A stretch of DNA of 62,923 bases, the filler included, from Octopus bimaculoides (lineage: Eukaryota): assembly GCF_001194135.2 (NCBI RefSeq). It is 7 parts of 7 records of this genome, joined end to end, with 100 filler letters (N's around TTAATTAATTAA, not from the genome) between each part and the next. Parts side by side here need not be neighbours in the genome. Positions count along the whole stretch, not along the records: positions 1 to 7,177 come from NW_026346660.1; positions 7,278 to 17,960 come from NW_026314721.1; 5 more parts are not named here. The stretch is one strand, 5' to 3'. The notes under the pieces are model-generated. The model saw nothing but the letters and a program-made list of their open reading frames with translations, did not search any database and was not told the origin of the DNA. Shown one piece after another: positions 1 to 13,323 of the stretch. The position numbers were made by a program, and so were the translations under genes. The first letter of the stretch is position 1. Each line of letters opens with the position of its first letter.

Positions 1-3000
1 ACGAATGTACGAACGTACGAACGAACGAACAAATGTACGTACGTACGTACTTACGTACGAACGAACGAACAAATGTACTACGTACGTACGTACTTACGTA
101 CGAACGAACGAACGAACGAACGACCGAAGGAAGGAAGGAAGGAACGAACGTACGTACGAATGAACGAACGAACGTACGTACGTACGTACGAACGAACGAT
201 CGAACGAATGTATGTATGTACTACGTACGAACGAATGAACGTACGTACGAAGAAACGAAAGGACGAATGGACGTAAGAACGAACGAACGTACGTACGTAA
301 GTTCCTACGAACGAATGAACGAACGAACGAACGCAAGTACGAACGAACGAACGTACGTACGTATGTTAATATGAACGAATGATCGAACGAACGAAAGGAC
401 GAACGAACTGATGATCGAACGAATGTACGTAAGAACGAACAAACGAAGGTACGTTCATACGAACGAACGAACAAACTATCGAAAGAACGAATCAACTGAT
501 AAACAATCGCGTACGAACGAACGAACGTACGTATGTACGTGCGAACGAACGATCGAACTAATGTACGTTTGTACTACGTACGAACGAATTAAGGAACGTA
601 CGAACAAATGAACGTACGTACGAACGAACGAACATACGTACGAACGTACGACCGAATGAACGAACAAACGAACGTGCGTACGAACACACGAACGAACATA
701 CGTACGAACGAACATACGTACGAACGAACGAACGAATGAACGAACGAACGTACGTACGAACGAACTAACGAACGTACGTACGTAAGTAGGAGCGAACGAA
801 CGAAAGGACGAACGAACGAACGTACGAACGAACAAATTAGTGAACGAACGAACGAACGAACGTATGTACGTATGTAAGTATGAACGAATGAAAGAACGAA
901 CGAACGAATGAACGAACGTACGTACGTAAGAAAGACCAGACGAACGTACGTTCGTACGAACGAACGAACTAACGAACGNNNNNNNNNNNNNNNNNNNNNN
1001 NNNNNNNNNNNNNNNNNNNNNNNNNNNNNNNNNNNNNNNNNNNNNNNNNNNNNNNNNNNNNNNNNNNNAACGAACGAACGTACGTACGAACGAACTAACG
1101 AACGTACGTACGTAAGTAGGAGCGAACGAACGAAAGGACGAACGAACGAACGTACGAACGAACAAATTAGTGAACGAACGAACGAACGAACGTATGTACG
1201 TATGTAAGTATGAACGAATGAAAGAACGAACGAACGAATGAACGAACGTACGTACGTAAGAAAGACCAGACGAACGTACGTTCGTACGAACGAACGAACT
1301 AACGAACGAAGGAACGAACGAACTAACAAACAAGCGAAGGAACGAACGAACTAACAAACGGACGAATCAACTGACGGAACACTCGCACGCACGCAAAAAC
1401 GAACGATGGCACGAAGGAACGAACGAACGAATGAGCAAACGAACGAACGAACGAACGAACGAATGTACGTACGGACGAACGAACGGAAGAACGAACGAAC
1501 GAACGAACGTACGTACGAACGAACGAACGAACATACGTGAGAACGAACGAACGAACGAATGTATATACGTACGAACGAACGAAAGAACGTATGTACGTAC
1601 GTACGAACGACCCAACGAACGAACGATCGAACGAATGTACTTACGAACGAAATTACGAACGATCGAACGTACGTACGAACGAACGAACTAACGAACGCTC
1701 GGACTGACGAACGAACGATCGAACGAACGTACGTACGAACGAATGTACGTACGTACGAACGAACGTACGTACGAACGAATGAACGAACGAATGTATGTAC
1801 GTACAAAAGAACGTATGTATGTACGTACGAACGAACGAATGAACGAACGTACGTAAGTACGTACGTACGAAGGAACAAACGAACTAACAAACGGACGAAT
1901 CAACTGACGAACACTCGCACGCACGCAAAAACGAACGAAGGCACGAAGGAACGAACGAACGAATGAGCATACGAACGAACGAATGTATGTACGTACAAAC
2001 GAACGAAAGAACGTATGTACGTACGTACGAACGAACGAACGAACGTACGTACGAACGTACGTACGAACGTACGAAGGAACGAACGTACATACGAACGGAC
2101 GAACGACCGTATATACGAACGAACGAACGAACGTATGAACGCACCAACGAACGTACGAACGAACGAACGAACGTACAAACGTACATACGAACGAACAAAC
2201 GAACGACTGAAGGAACGAACGAACGAACGAACGACCGAACGAACGTAAGTACGAACGAACGAACGTACGTACGTACGTACGAGCGAACGATCAAACGAAC
2301 AAATTAATAAATGAACGAACGAACGTACGTACGTACGTACGTATGTAAGTATGAACGAATGATCGAACAAACGAAAGAACGAACGAACTAATGAACGAAC
2401 GTACGTACGTAAGAACGAACAAATGAACGTACGTTCGTAGGAACGAACGAACGAACTAATGAACGAAGGAACGAACGAACTAACGAACGAAGGAACGAAC
2501 GAACTAACGAACGGACGAATCAACTAACGAACACTCGCACGCACGCAAAAACGAACGAGCGAACGATCCAACTTACGAATGAATGAACGAACGAACATAC
2601 GAATATACGAACGAACGAACGAACGAACGAACAAACGTACAAACGAACGAACGGAAGAACGTACGCACGCATGAACGAACGAACGAACGAACGAATGTAT
2701 GTACGTACAAAAGAACGAATGAACGAACGTACGTAAGTACGTACGTACGAAGGAACAAACGAACATACGAACGGACGAACGACCGTATATACGAAAGAAC
2801 GAACGTATGAACGCACCAACGAACGTACGAACAAAGAACGAACGAACGTACAAACGTACATACGAACGAACAAACGAACTACCGAAGGAAGGAACGAACG
2901 AACGAACGTACGTACGAATGAACAAACGAACGTACGTATGTACGTGCGAACGAACGATCGAACGAATGGACGTATGTACTACGTACGAACGAATGAACGT

Positions 3001-6000
3001 ACGTACGAACGAATGGACGTACGTACGAACGAACGAACGAACAAACATACGTACGAACAAACGAACGAACGAACGTAAGTACGAACGAACGAACGTACGT
3101 ACTTATGTAAATATGAACGAATGATCGAACGAACGAAAGAACGAACGAACTAATGAACGAACGCACATACTTAAGAACGAACAAATAAACGTACGTTCGT
3201 ACGAACGAACAAACGAACTAACGAACGAAGGAACGAACAAACTAACGAACGCATCCAAAAACGAACGAAGGAACGAAGGAACGAACGAACGAACGAAAAA
3301 ACTTACGAACGAACGAACGAACGAACATACGAACGAACGAACGAACGAACGAACGAACGTACGAACGAACGAAAGGAAGAACGTACGCACGCATGAACGA
3401 ACGAACGAACGTACGTATGTACGTACGTACGAAAGAACGAACAAACGAAGAAATTAATGAATGAACGAACGAACGTACGTACGCACGTATGTAAGTATGA
3501 ATGAATGATCGAACGAACGATAGAACGAACGAACTAATGAACGAACGTACGTACGTAAGAACGAACAAATGAACGTACGTTCGTACGAACGAACGAACGA
3601 ACTAATGAACGTAGGAACGAACGAACTAACGAACGAAGGAACGAACGAACTAACGAACGAAGGAACGAACGAACTAACGAACGAAGGAACAAACGAACTA
3701 ACGAACGAAGGAACGAACGAACTAACGAACGGACGAATCAACTGACGAACACTCGCACAAACGAACATACGAACGAACGAACGAACGAGCGTTCAAACGT
3801 ACAAACGAACGAACAAACGAACGACCGAAGGAACGAACGAACGAACGAACGAACGTACGTACGAATGAACAAACGAACGTACGAATGTACGTGCGAACGA
3901 GCGATCGAACGAATGTACGTATGTACTACTTACGAACGAATGAACGTACGTACGTACGAATGAACGTACGTACGTACGAACGAACGAACAAATATACGTA
4001 CGAGCGAACGAACGAATGAACGAACGATTGAACGAACGAACGAACGACCGAAAGAATGAACGACCGAAGGAAGGAAGGAACGAACGAACGAACGAACGTA
4101 AGAATGAACGAACGAACGTACGTACGTACGTACGAACGAACGATCGAACGAATGTATGTATGTACTACGTACGAACGAATGAACGTACGTACGAAAGAAC
4201 GAAGGAACGAATGGACGTACGAAGAAACGAACGTACGTACGAACGAACGAACATACGTACGAACGAACGAACGAATGAACGAACGAACGAACGTACGTAC
4301 GAACGAACGAACGAACGCACGTACGTAAGTACGAGCGAACGAACGAACGGACGAACGAACGAACGAACGAACGAACGTACGAACGAACAAATTAATGAAC
4401 GAACGAACGAACAAACGTACGTACGAACGAACGAACGAATGTACGNNNNNNNNNNNNNNNNNNNNNNNNNNNNNNNNNNNNNNNNNNNNNNNNNNNNNNN
4501 NNNNNNNNNNNNNNNNNNNNNNNNNNNNNNNNNNNNNNNNNNNNNNNNNNNNNNNNNNNNNNNNNNNNNNNNNNNNNNNNNNNNNNNNNNNNNNNNNNNN
4601 NNNNNNNNNNNNNNNNNNNNNNNNNNNNNNNNNNNNNNNNNNNNNNNNNNNNNNNNNNNNNNNNNNNNNNNNNNNNNNNNNNNNNNNNNNNNNNNNNNNN
4701 NNNNNNNNNNNNNNNNNNNNNNNNNNNNNNNNNNNNNNNNNNNNNNNNNNNNNNNNNNNNNNNNNNNNNNNNNNNNNNNNNNNNNNNNNNNNNNNNNNNN
4801 NNNNNNNTACGAACGAACGATCGAACGAATGTATGTATGTACTACGTACGAACGAATGAACGTACGTACGAAAGAACGAAGGAACGAATGGACGTACGAA
4901 GAAACGAACGTACGTACGAACGAACGAACATACGTACGAACGAACGAACGAATGAACGAACGAACGAACGTATGAACGCACCAACGAACGTACGAACGAA
5001 CGAACGAACGTACAAACGTACATACGAACGAACAAACGAATGACCGAAGGAACGAACGAATGAATGTACGTACGCACGATTGAACTAACATACGTACGAA
5101 CGAATGAACGAATGAACGAACGAAAGAACGAAAGATCGTATGTAGGTACGAACGAACGAACTAAAGAATGTATGTACCTACGTACGAACGAACGAACGAA
5201 CGAACGAACGCTCGGACTGACGAACGAACGATCGAACGTACGTACGAAAGAACGAACTAACGAACGCTCGGACTGACGAACGAACGATCGAACGAACGTA
5301 CGTACGAACGAATGTACGTACGTACGAACGAACGAACGAACAAACGAACGTACGCGCGAACGTACATACGAACGAACGGACGAACGATCGTACGAACGAA
5401 CGAACGAACGTACGAACGAACGTACGTACATACGTACAAAGGAACTAACGAAAGAACGAACGAACGACCGAAGGAACGAACTAACGAACGAATGAACGTA
5501 CGTACGAATGAACGAACGAATGTACGTACACACGTACGAACGAACGATCGGACGAATGTTCGTATGTAATATGTACAAACGAATGAACGTACGTACGAAC
5601 GAACGAACGAACGGACGTACGATCGAACGAACGTACGTACGTACGAGCGAACGAACGAACGAACGAACATACGGACGAACAAACGAACGTACGTACGTAT
5701 GTAATTATGAACGAATGATCGATGGAACGGAAGAACGAACGAACTAATGAACGAACGTACGTACGTAAGAACGAACAAACGAACGTACGTTCGAAGGAAC
5801 GTAGGTTCGAAGGAACGTACGTTCGAATGAACGTACGTTCGAAGGAACGTACGTTCGAACGAACGAACGAACTAACGAACAAACGAACCAACTAACGAAC
5901 GAAGGAACGAACGAAGTAACGAACGAACGAACGAACTAACGAACGGACGAATCAACTGACGAACACTCGCACGCACGCAAAAACGAATGAACGAACGAAA

Positions 6001-7177
6001 GAACGTACGAACGAAAGAACGAACGAACGAACGTACGTATGTACGTATGTACGCAGGAACAAACGAACGAACGTACCTACGCATGTAAGTATGAACGAAT
6101 GAAAGAACGAANNNNNNNNNNNNNNNNNNNNNNNNNNNNNNNNNNNNNNNNNNNNNNNNNNNNNNNNNNNNNNNNNNNNNNNNNNNNNNNNNNNNNNNNN
6201 NNNNNNNNNNNNNNNNNNNNNNNNNNNNNNNNNNNNNNNNNNNNNNNNNNNNNNNNNNNNNNNNNNNNNNNNNNNNNNNNNNNNNNNNNNNNNNNNNNNN
6301 NNNNNNNNNNNNNNNNNNNNNNNNNNNNNNNNNNNNNNNNNNNNNNNNNNNNNNNNNNNNNNNNNNNNNNNNNNNNNNNNNNNNNNNNNNNNNNNNNNNN
6401 NNNNNNNNNNNNNNNNNNNNNNNNNNNNNNNNNNNNNNNNNNNNNNNNNNNNNNNNNNNNNNNNNNNNNNNNNNNNNNNNNNNNNNNNNNNNNNNNNNNN
6501 NNNNNNNNNNNNNNNNNNNNNNNNNNNNNNNNNNNNNNNNNNNNNNNNNNNNNNNNNNNNNNNNNNNNNNNNNNNNNNNNNNNNNNNNNNNNNNNNNNNN
6601 NNNNNNNNNNNNNNNNNNNNNNNNNNNNNNNNNNNNNNNNNNNNNNNNNNNNNNNNNNNNNNNNNNNNNNNNNNNNNNNNNNNNNNNNNNNNNNNNNNNN
6701 NNNNNNNNNNNNNNNNCGAACGACAAACGAACATACGAACGAACGTATGTCCGTACGAACGAACGAACGAACGTATGTACGTACGTACTAACGAACGATC
6801 GGACGGACGAACGAACGAACGATCGAACGAACGTACGTACGTACGTACGAAGGAACGAATGAACAAACGAACGAACGTACGTACGAGCGAACGAACGAGC
6901 GAACGAACGAACGAACGAACGTACGTGCGTACGTACGAAGGAACGAACGAACGTACAAACGTACATACCAACGAACAAACGAACGACCGAAGGAACGAAC
7001 GAACGAACGATCGAACGTACGTACGAATGAACGAACGAACGTACGTATGTACGTGCGAACGAACGATCGAACGAATGTACGTATGTACTACGTACGGACG
7101 AATGAACGTACGTACGAACGAATGAACGTACGTACGAACGAACGAACAAACGTACGTACGAACGAACGAACGAATGA
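1..7177. repeat. Degenerate tetranucleotide satellite (ACGA/ACGT with ATGA, ATGT, ACAA, ACAT variants), with higher-order landmarks
   Basis: Whole block is built of GAAC/GTAC 4-mers. The landmark GGACGAATCAACT recurs at about 1360, 1893, 2513, 3731 and 5945. Four internal N gaps. Confidence 0.97.
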
Positions 7178-7277
7178 NNNNNNNNNNNNNNNNNNNNNNN
7201 NNNNNNNNNNNNNNNNNNNNNTTAATTAATTAANNNNNNNNNNNNNNNNNNNNNNNNNNNNNNNNNNNNNNNNNNNN
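7178..7277. other. Artificial scaffold spacer (44N-TTAATTAATTAA-44N)
   Basis: Exactly 100 bp; the 12-mer at 7222-7233 has stops in all six frames. Confidence 0.97.
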
Positions 7278-7713
7278 CATACACACACATACAGAGAGAG
7301 AGAGAAAGAGGTATACAGGTGCAGGCAATAACTCCAAGAGAAATTCAGCAAGGTGGAGCAAAACTGCATGCAGGTATCCTGCTTCCAGATGAGAAGAGGC
7401 AGGAAGTCGGAATTCTCGAAATTCAGGGGCAGATGAGCTCTTTCGGCAGATGGGGGCTCCCTAAAGATCCCCTCCACTGCCAATGTACTGCCTGAGACCC
7501 TCTTTGCCGGAAAAGTTGGCAGGAAAGAAGTTAATGAGAGTCAACAGTCTTACATCCTTCGAATTAGAAAAACTCACTCTGTCTGTGTGTCTCATTTGTA
7601 CAAATCAAATCTGAAAGAGGAAGCACAATCTAAGATGTATATTAAAACCAGGGAAAACCGGTTTATGAGATTACGTTAGGCTTCCTGTCCATAAAGGGTT
7701 TTGTTGTGTTTCT

Positions 7714-8092
7714 GCGGCTGTGTGGTAAGACGCTTGCTTCTGAGCCACATGGTTCCTGGATCAGTCCCACTGTGTGGCACCTTGGGCAAGTGTCTTCTAC
7801 TGGGGCCAACCAAAACCTTGCGAATGGATTTGGTAGACAGAAACTGAAAGAACGCCATATATGTGTGTGTGTGTATACGTATCTGGGTGTCTTTGTGCCT
7901 ATCACCTCCACCATTGCCTGACAACTGATGTTGGTGTGTTTATGTCCCCATAACTTAGTGCTTCAGCAAAAGAGACCGATATATGCACTAGGCTTAATAG
8001 GTCTTGGGGTCTATTCGCTCGACTAAAACCCTTTAAGGTGGTGCTCCAGCATGGCTGCAGTTAAATGACTAAAACATATAAAAGAATAAAAG
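7714..8092 (+). mobile_element. tRNA-like SINE, family A (head, internal microsatellite, body, AAAAGA-type tail)
   Basis: GGCTGTGTGGTAAG (A-box-like), GGATCAGTCCCAC (B-box-like), body ending GTGCTCCAGCATGG...GAATAAAAG; homologous to other copies in the window. Confidence 0.85.
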
Positions 8093-8094
8093 TA

Positions 8095-8164
<70 letters not shown>

Positions 8165-8169
8165 TTTTA

Positions 8170-8574
8170 GGCGCAGGAGTGGCTGTGTGGTAAGTAGCTA
8201 GCTTACCAACCTCATGGTCCCGGGTTCAGTCCCACTGCACGGCATCTTGGGCAAGTGTCTTCTACTATAGCCTCGGGCCGACCAAAGCCTTGTGAGTAGA
8301 TTTGGTAGACGGAAACTGAAAGAAGCCCGTCGTATATATGTATATATATATATGTATGTGTGTGTGTATGTTTGTATGTGTGTGTTTGTCCCCCCAACAT
8401 CGCTTGAAACCGATGCTGGTGTGTTTATGTCCCCGTAACTTAGCGGTTCGGCAAAAGAGATCGATAGAATAAGTACTAGGCTTCTAAAGAATAAGTCCTG
8501 GGGTCGATTTGCTCGACTAAAAGGCGGTGCTCCAGCATGGCCACAGTCAAAAGACTGAAACAAGTAAAAAGAGT
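8170..8574 (+). mobile_element. tRNA-like SINE, family A, full length
   Basis: GGCGCAGGAGTGGCTGTGTGGTAAG...GGTTCAGTCCC, internal (TA)/(TG) tract, ends GACTGAAACAAGTAAAAAGAG. Confidence 0.9.
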
Positions 8575-8954
8575 ATATATATTTGGGGAAAATTATTGTA
8601 GAATGCTATGCAAAGCTCATCCACAGTTATTGGCAACCTGATGTCAACATAATACAGTGGAAATGTTCCTGCTAGTGGACATCAAGAATTCCACAGTTTC
8701 TGTTGATTTTATATAATCAAATAAACAATAGGAAATGGAATGAACGACATTCTTTATTGAAAACTCTCTACAACCGTTTCAACTTACTGTTCGGACTTAT
8801 TCAAACAATCACCTGAGGAGGTGCATTTTACACATTAGATGGATGATGATTACACAACATCGTACTGCAGGTGTAGAAATGTGTAGAAACAATTGTTGGG
8901 ATTTTGAATAAGTGATGTATTTCTCTATGATTCTTGACGTCCGTGAATATATGT

Positions 8955-9065
8955 ATCATCACTGCCATTTTAATGTCCACTTTTCTATGCTGGCATGGGT
9001 CAGACAAGGTTACTGAGACAGAGTTTCTACAGCTGAATGCCCTTCTTGTCACCAACCCTAATGCG
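8955..9065 (-). mobile_element. 3' tail fragment of the RTE LINE family
   Basis: Reverse complement of ACCCATGCCAGCAT...GGACATTAAA plus (GAT)n, matching the tail at 27100-27253. Confidence 0.7.
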
Positions 9066-9349
9066 TGCACTCGGCATATGTGAAAGAGATATGGCTGCTA
9101 CTTCTAGCAAAATATAAGGCCATCGTAGAGACGACTCCCGCCATTATCTCATCTGTGGTGAAATATTGTTCGGCTTCAGGTCAGACCTGATTCAGCAGAC
9201 CTTTCAAGGCAAAGAGTCCATTCGTGACAGACACCTCTTAATGTGTATAGGATTTATTGATGAAATAAGGTATTAGTTGAGGAAGGATTTGGCTGTTGTT
9301 TGGAGCGGATCAAACAAGCACGTCGAAGGTCGCCTGCGTGTGTGTGTGT

Positions 9350-9578
9350 TATTTCTTTACGACCCACAGGGGGCTACACACAGAGGGGACAAACAAGGAC
9401 AGACAAACGGATTAAATCGATTATATCGACCCCAGTGCGTAACTGGTACTTATTTAATCGACCCCGAAAGGATGAAAGGCAAAGTCGACCTCGGCGGAAT
9501 TTGAACCCAGAACGTAGCGGGCAGACGAAATACCGCTAAGCATTTCGCCCGGTGTGCTAACGGTTCTGCCAGCTCGCC

Positions 9579-9580
<2 letters not shown>
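9350..9580 (-). mobile_element. tRNA-like SINE, family B, full length
   Basis: Minus strand reads GCGGCGAGCTGGCAGAA...GGGTTCAAATTCCGCCGAGGTCGACTTTGCC...GTAAAGAAAT; homologous to 19869, 45115, 55204 and 56812. Confidence 0.9.
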
Positions 9581-9616
<36 letters not shown>

Positions 9617-10258
9617 AGCTTCATAGGCAGACGTGTGTGTGTGTAGGTATGCAGACGCATATTCAAACGCGGGAAAGTAGGATCCGGCAGGGTCTTTGTG
9701 TACACAAACACCTACACGTATACATAGATATATATATATATATAAGTACATACACACACCACATATAAACATATATATATATACAGACATATTCACAGCC
9801 ACATACACACAAACATATATACATACCCTGTCATGTATATATATATGACTGCAAACGAAATAGAAAAAAAACGTGCTAACACATACATATACATACAAGA
9901 CATATATATACATATTAATATAGATATATATACACACACATATTTAAATATATATATCTGATTTCCTGTTCTATTTATGAGGATTATATTTAGCTGGCGA
10001 CAATAAATTAACGTGTGTGTGTATACACACACACATACATACATACATGCATGTATTAAAGCGGGTATTTGGGGTATGTAGAAGCGATTGAAAGGAAGTA
10101 GACGTGTATAAACAAGTGCATGTAGAATAATGAAATATAGATGCGTGTATATGTGTGTGTGTGTGTGTACAGAGTATACACGTCAACAACCATGTACATA
10201 CGTGTATATACATATACATACATATATGTATTGACACCTGTTTATCAGACACACGTAC

Positions 10259-10327
<69 letters not shown>

Positions 10328-10868
10328 TATATACACACATAGATCCAGTCAGGAGTGTGCAACATGTTCCTACTAGTTATACACACCTAGGAGCGTATAT
10401 GTACCAAAATGAGAATGTATATAGATTACAAACAAGGATATATAAACATACATATATACACACACAGAGACACGACCGTACAGTGTGTGCCATGTCAGGG
10501 TGACTGTAAGCGGTGTGTAGCTATGTAGACAGTTCTATACACTCGTTGTGCGTATATACATATGGATCTATGCACGTATACATACACACACACATATATA
10601 TATATATATATACACGTGATCATGTTGAATGCCAAATGTATGTATATATGTGTGTGTGTGTAGATTTATGAAGTTACCTACTCAGGATATCTGTAGGAAG
10701 ATGTATAGTCTTTTCACATACAACATCCATATATTATATACATATATACATACCTGTTACATAATATATATACATATAAACACAGATCTATAATATATAT
10801 TATAGATAGTGTGTATATTATGTATATATAAACATTTATGACAAAGATGAATTTATAGACATACAAGG

Positions 10869-10927
<59 letters not shown>

Positions 10928-11895
10928 TAGAGAATGCAATACAGCATCCATCGTGTGTATGTATATGACTGTATATACATTCATGTATAAGAATATATAT
11001 ACGTGTTGTGTAGTCCTTGTTATCACCTGTAAACTACTACAATTTATCAAGGCCTGTATATATGTGTGTATATATATATTATACTAACACACACATGTAT
11101 ATATAGCAATTGCACATAATGATTTATCACAGATCTAGGTTTATATTTATATATATATATATATACACACTAAGTACTACGATCGTATAGTACCATAAAT
11201 AAAAGACACAACAAAAAGGTATATATACACCAAATATACAGATCCATTATATACACATACATCTATGTTTGTATATATGTATATACATGATGTTTTATAT
11301 ATATATAGACATTATCACAATATTTACAGTAGAGGTCGAATGATTGATGTAATATTCATCCATCATGTATGTATATATATATATATATATATACATGTAT
11401 ATATACACATACATACATACCTATGTACATCTAAATATCTTATGTGTATGTGTGGGTGTATATATTCATACACAAACATATATATATATATATATGAAAA
11501 TATGAATATACATACCTACATGTGTATATATCCACAGGTATTGATGCATCTATATACACACATATATATATATATATACAATCACATTAACATCCTATAT
11601 ATATGGATGTGTATGGACATATATATATATATATACACACACAAACATAAATACACTGTCTTTCATTCATATAATGCACTATATACACATATAAACATAT
11701 ATATAAGCAGGTATGTATGTATAATTAGTGAAATGATAAGGTGTATAGAATGTCAACACTTACCTGGTGTATAAATGACTCCACGATTTAATTCATCATA
11801 CATATATACACATATACATACATGTAAATATATGTATGTGTATATATATACGGCGTGCGTGTGTATATGTGTGTATATATATGTGTATATATACA
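9581..11895. repeat. Compound (TG)/(TA)/(CA) microsatellite and low-complexity region
   Basis: Direct inspection; ORFs here are YI/HT/CV artefacts. Confidence 0.9.
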
Positions 11896-11899
11896 CAGT

Positions 11900-12358
11900 A
11901 GGCTCTGACTGAAGCCGAGATAGGAGATGGAGCGAAAGATGAGAGAAGGGGAGGAAAGGATATGAAGAGAGAGTGGGAGGCAGAGAGAGCGGTGGGAGGT
12001 GGTGATTGAATGATAGAGTAATGTAGAAAGAGAGAGGGTGTGAAGAAGCGAGCGTGGGAAAGAAAGAGGGTGTTAAGAAAAGAGAGGGTGTGAAGGAGCG
12101 GGATTGAGAAATATAGAGAGGGAAAATGCTGAACGTAAAGGAGCGGTGAGAGGTAGTGATAGAGAGAAAGCGGTGGTGAGAGAAAGGTAAAGAGAAAGAA
12201 AGAGAGCGTAGTTGTTGCGTGACGGTGAAAGAGTGAGGGGAGGAGAATTTAGATGGTATGAGAGTGATTAAGAGGGGGATTGATAGTGAGGACGAGGAAG
12301 GCGATAAAGAGAGAGGGGTAAAAAGACCAGCAGCCACTGAGAAAAGAATGGAAAGAGT

Positions 12359-12390
<32 letters not shown>

Positions 12391-12720
12391 AAGGAAAATC
12401 TGAGGTAAATGAGTAAAGAGACTGAGAGAGAGAGAATATAGAGAATGTAGAGAGGTTGATATACTGATTGAATGAATGAAAGATAGAGAGAGAGACATAG
12501 TGAACGAATAAAACAAAATGGGAGGAAAAGGACGAGGTTCGAGAAGTGAGAGAGTGTAAATTAATGAGCGAGTGACTGAGGAATAGAAAGAGGGATTTAT
12601 ATAAGAAACGAATGAGGGGGAAAACATAGATAGAATAGAAGAAAGAGAAAGTGGCAGGAAAAGAAAGTATGAACTAGTACTGGAGTGGGAGGTGAACTCG
12701 AAGGAACCGATATAGATGTA
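11900..12720. repeat. Strand-asymmetric purine-rich (GA) tract, about 0.8 kb
   Basis: The + strand is overwhelmingly A/G with cryptic GAGA/GGAG repeats. Confidence 0.85.
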
Positions 12721-12844
12721 AAATACATAGAAGCTTGTGTATGCGTATATATATGCATTTATACATACATATAAGTTATATATAAATATATGTTAATATA
12801 TGTATATATACGCATGTAATTTATTGAAAACTTAACCTTCGCAG

Positions 12845-13036
12845 GCCGTCGTTACTCCGAGTTTCTCCGTTTTTTTATTCTGGTCTTCCTGGTTGTACGG
12901 TCTGCTGGCAGGTTTCTTCAGTCTGGTTGGGTGGTTGGTCGGTTGGTTCAGTAGGTTTTTCCTTGCTGCACCGTGTGTCGGTTGGTGAGCAGCCAAAGCG
13001 GCTGACTGACTAGCAGGTTGGCTGGTTCGTCGGCAG
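12845..13036 (+). other. Candidate non-coding exon (5' UTR or lncRNA)
   Basis: CTTAAC branch-like motif and CTTCGCAG acceptor (AG 12843-44), CAG|GTGAGA donor (GT 13037-38); GC-richer island; stops in all three frames. Confidence 0.3.
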
Positions 13037-13043
13037 GTGAGAT

Positions 13044-13094
<51 letters not shown>

Positions 13095-13323
13095 TTCTCC
13101 CTTTTCAACACTTTTTCTTTCACTCAATTTCTTTCTCTTTTCCTCGTTATCTGGCTGCACAGCAGGGCGGTTGCTCTGGTGGCTCAGTGCGACTGGCTGC
13201 TCATGCCACTTACTGTTTAACACTAGGTCATCCTTAAATGAGTAGACCGCATGATGAAAGACGTGCTAGCCGTGACCAGCCAAGCTGAATTTTCTATACA
13301 TTGCTTCTGCAACTATATTTCCT

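Noticed and set aside
1360-5990. CTGACGA inside the satellite landmark, suggesting a satellite hammerhead
   Set aside because: No stem II or GAAA follows (CAAAAAC instead), so the core is incomplete.
33-7229. Dozens of long ORFs (RTNE/FVRS repeats)
   Set aside because: They are translations of a 4-mer satellite that rarely creates stops, and several run through N gaps.
7310-7540. GC-richer unique stretch with open frames on both strands
   Set aside because: No recognisable protein and no unambiguous splice-site pair.
8700-8950. Possible Penelope fragment on the minus strand (IVSTHFYTCS; GAAACGGTTGTAG)
   Set aside because: Similarity is too weak and there is no intact CUGANGA core.
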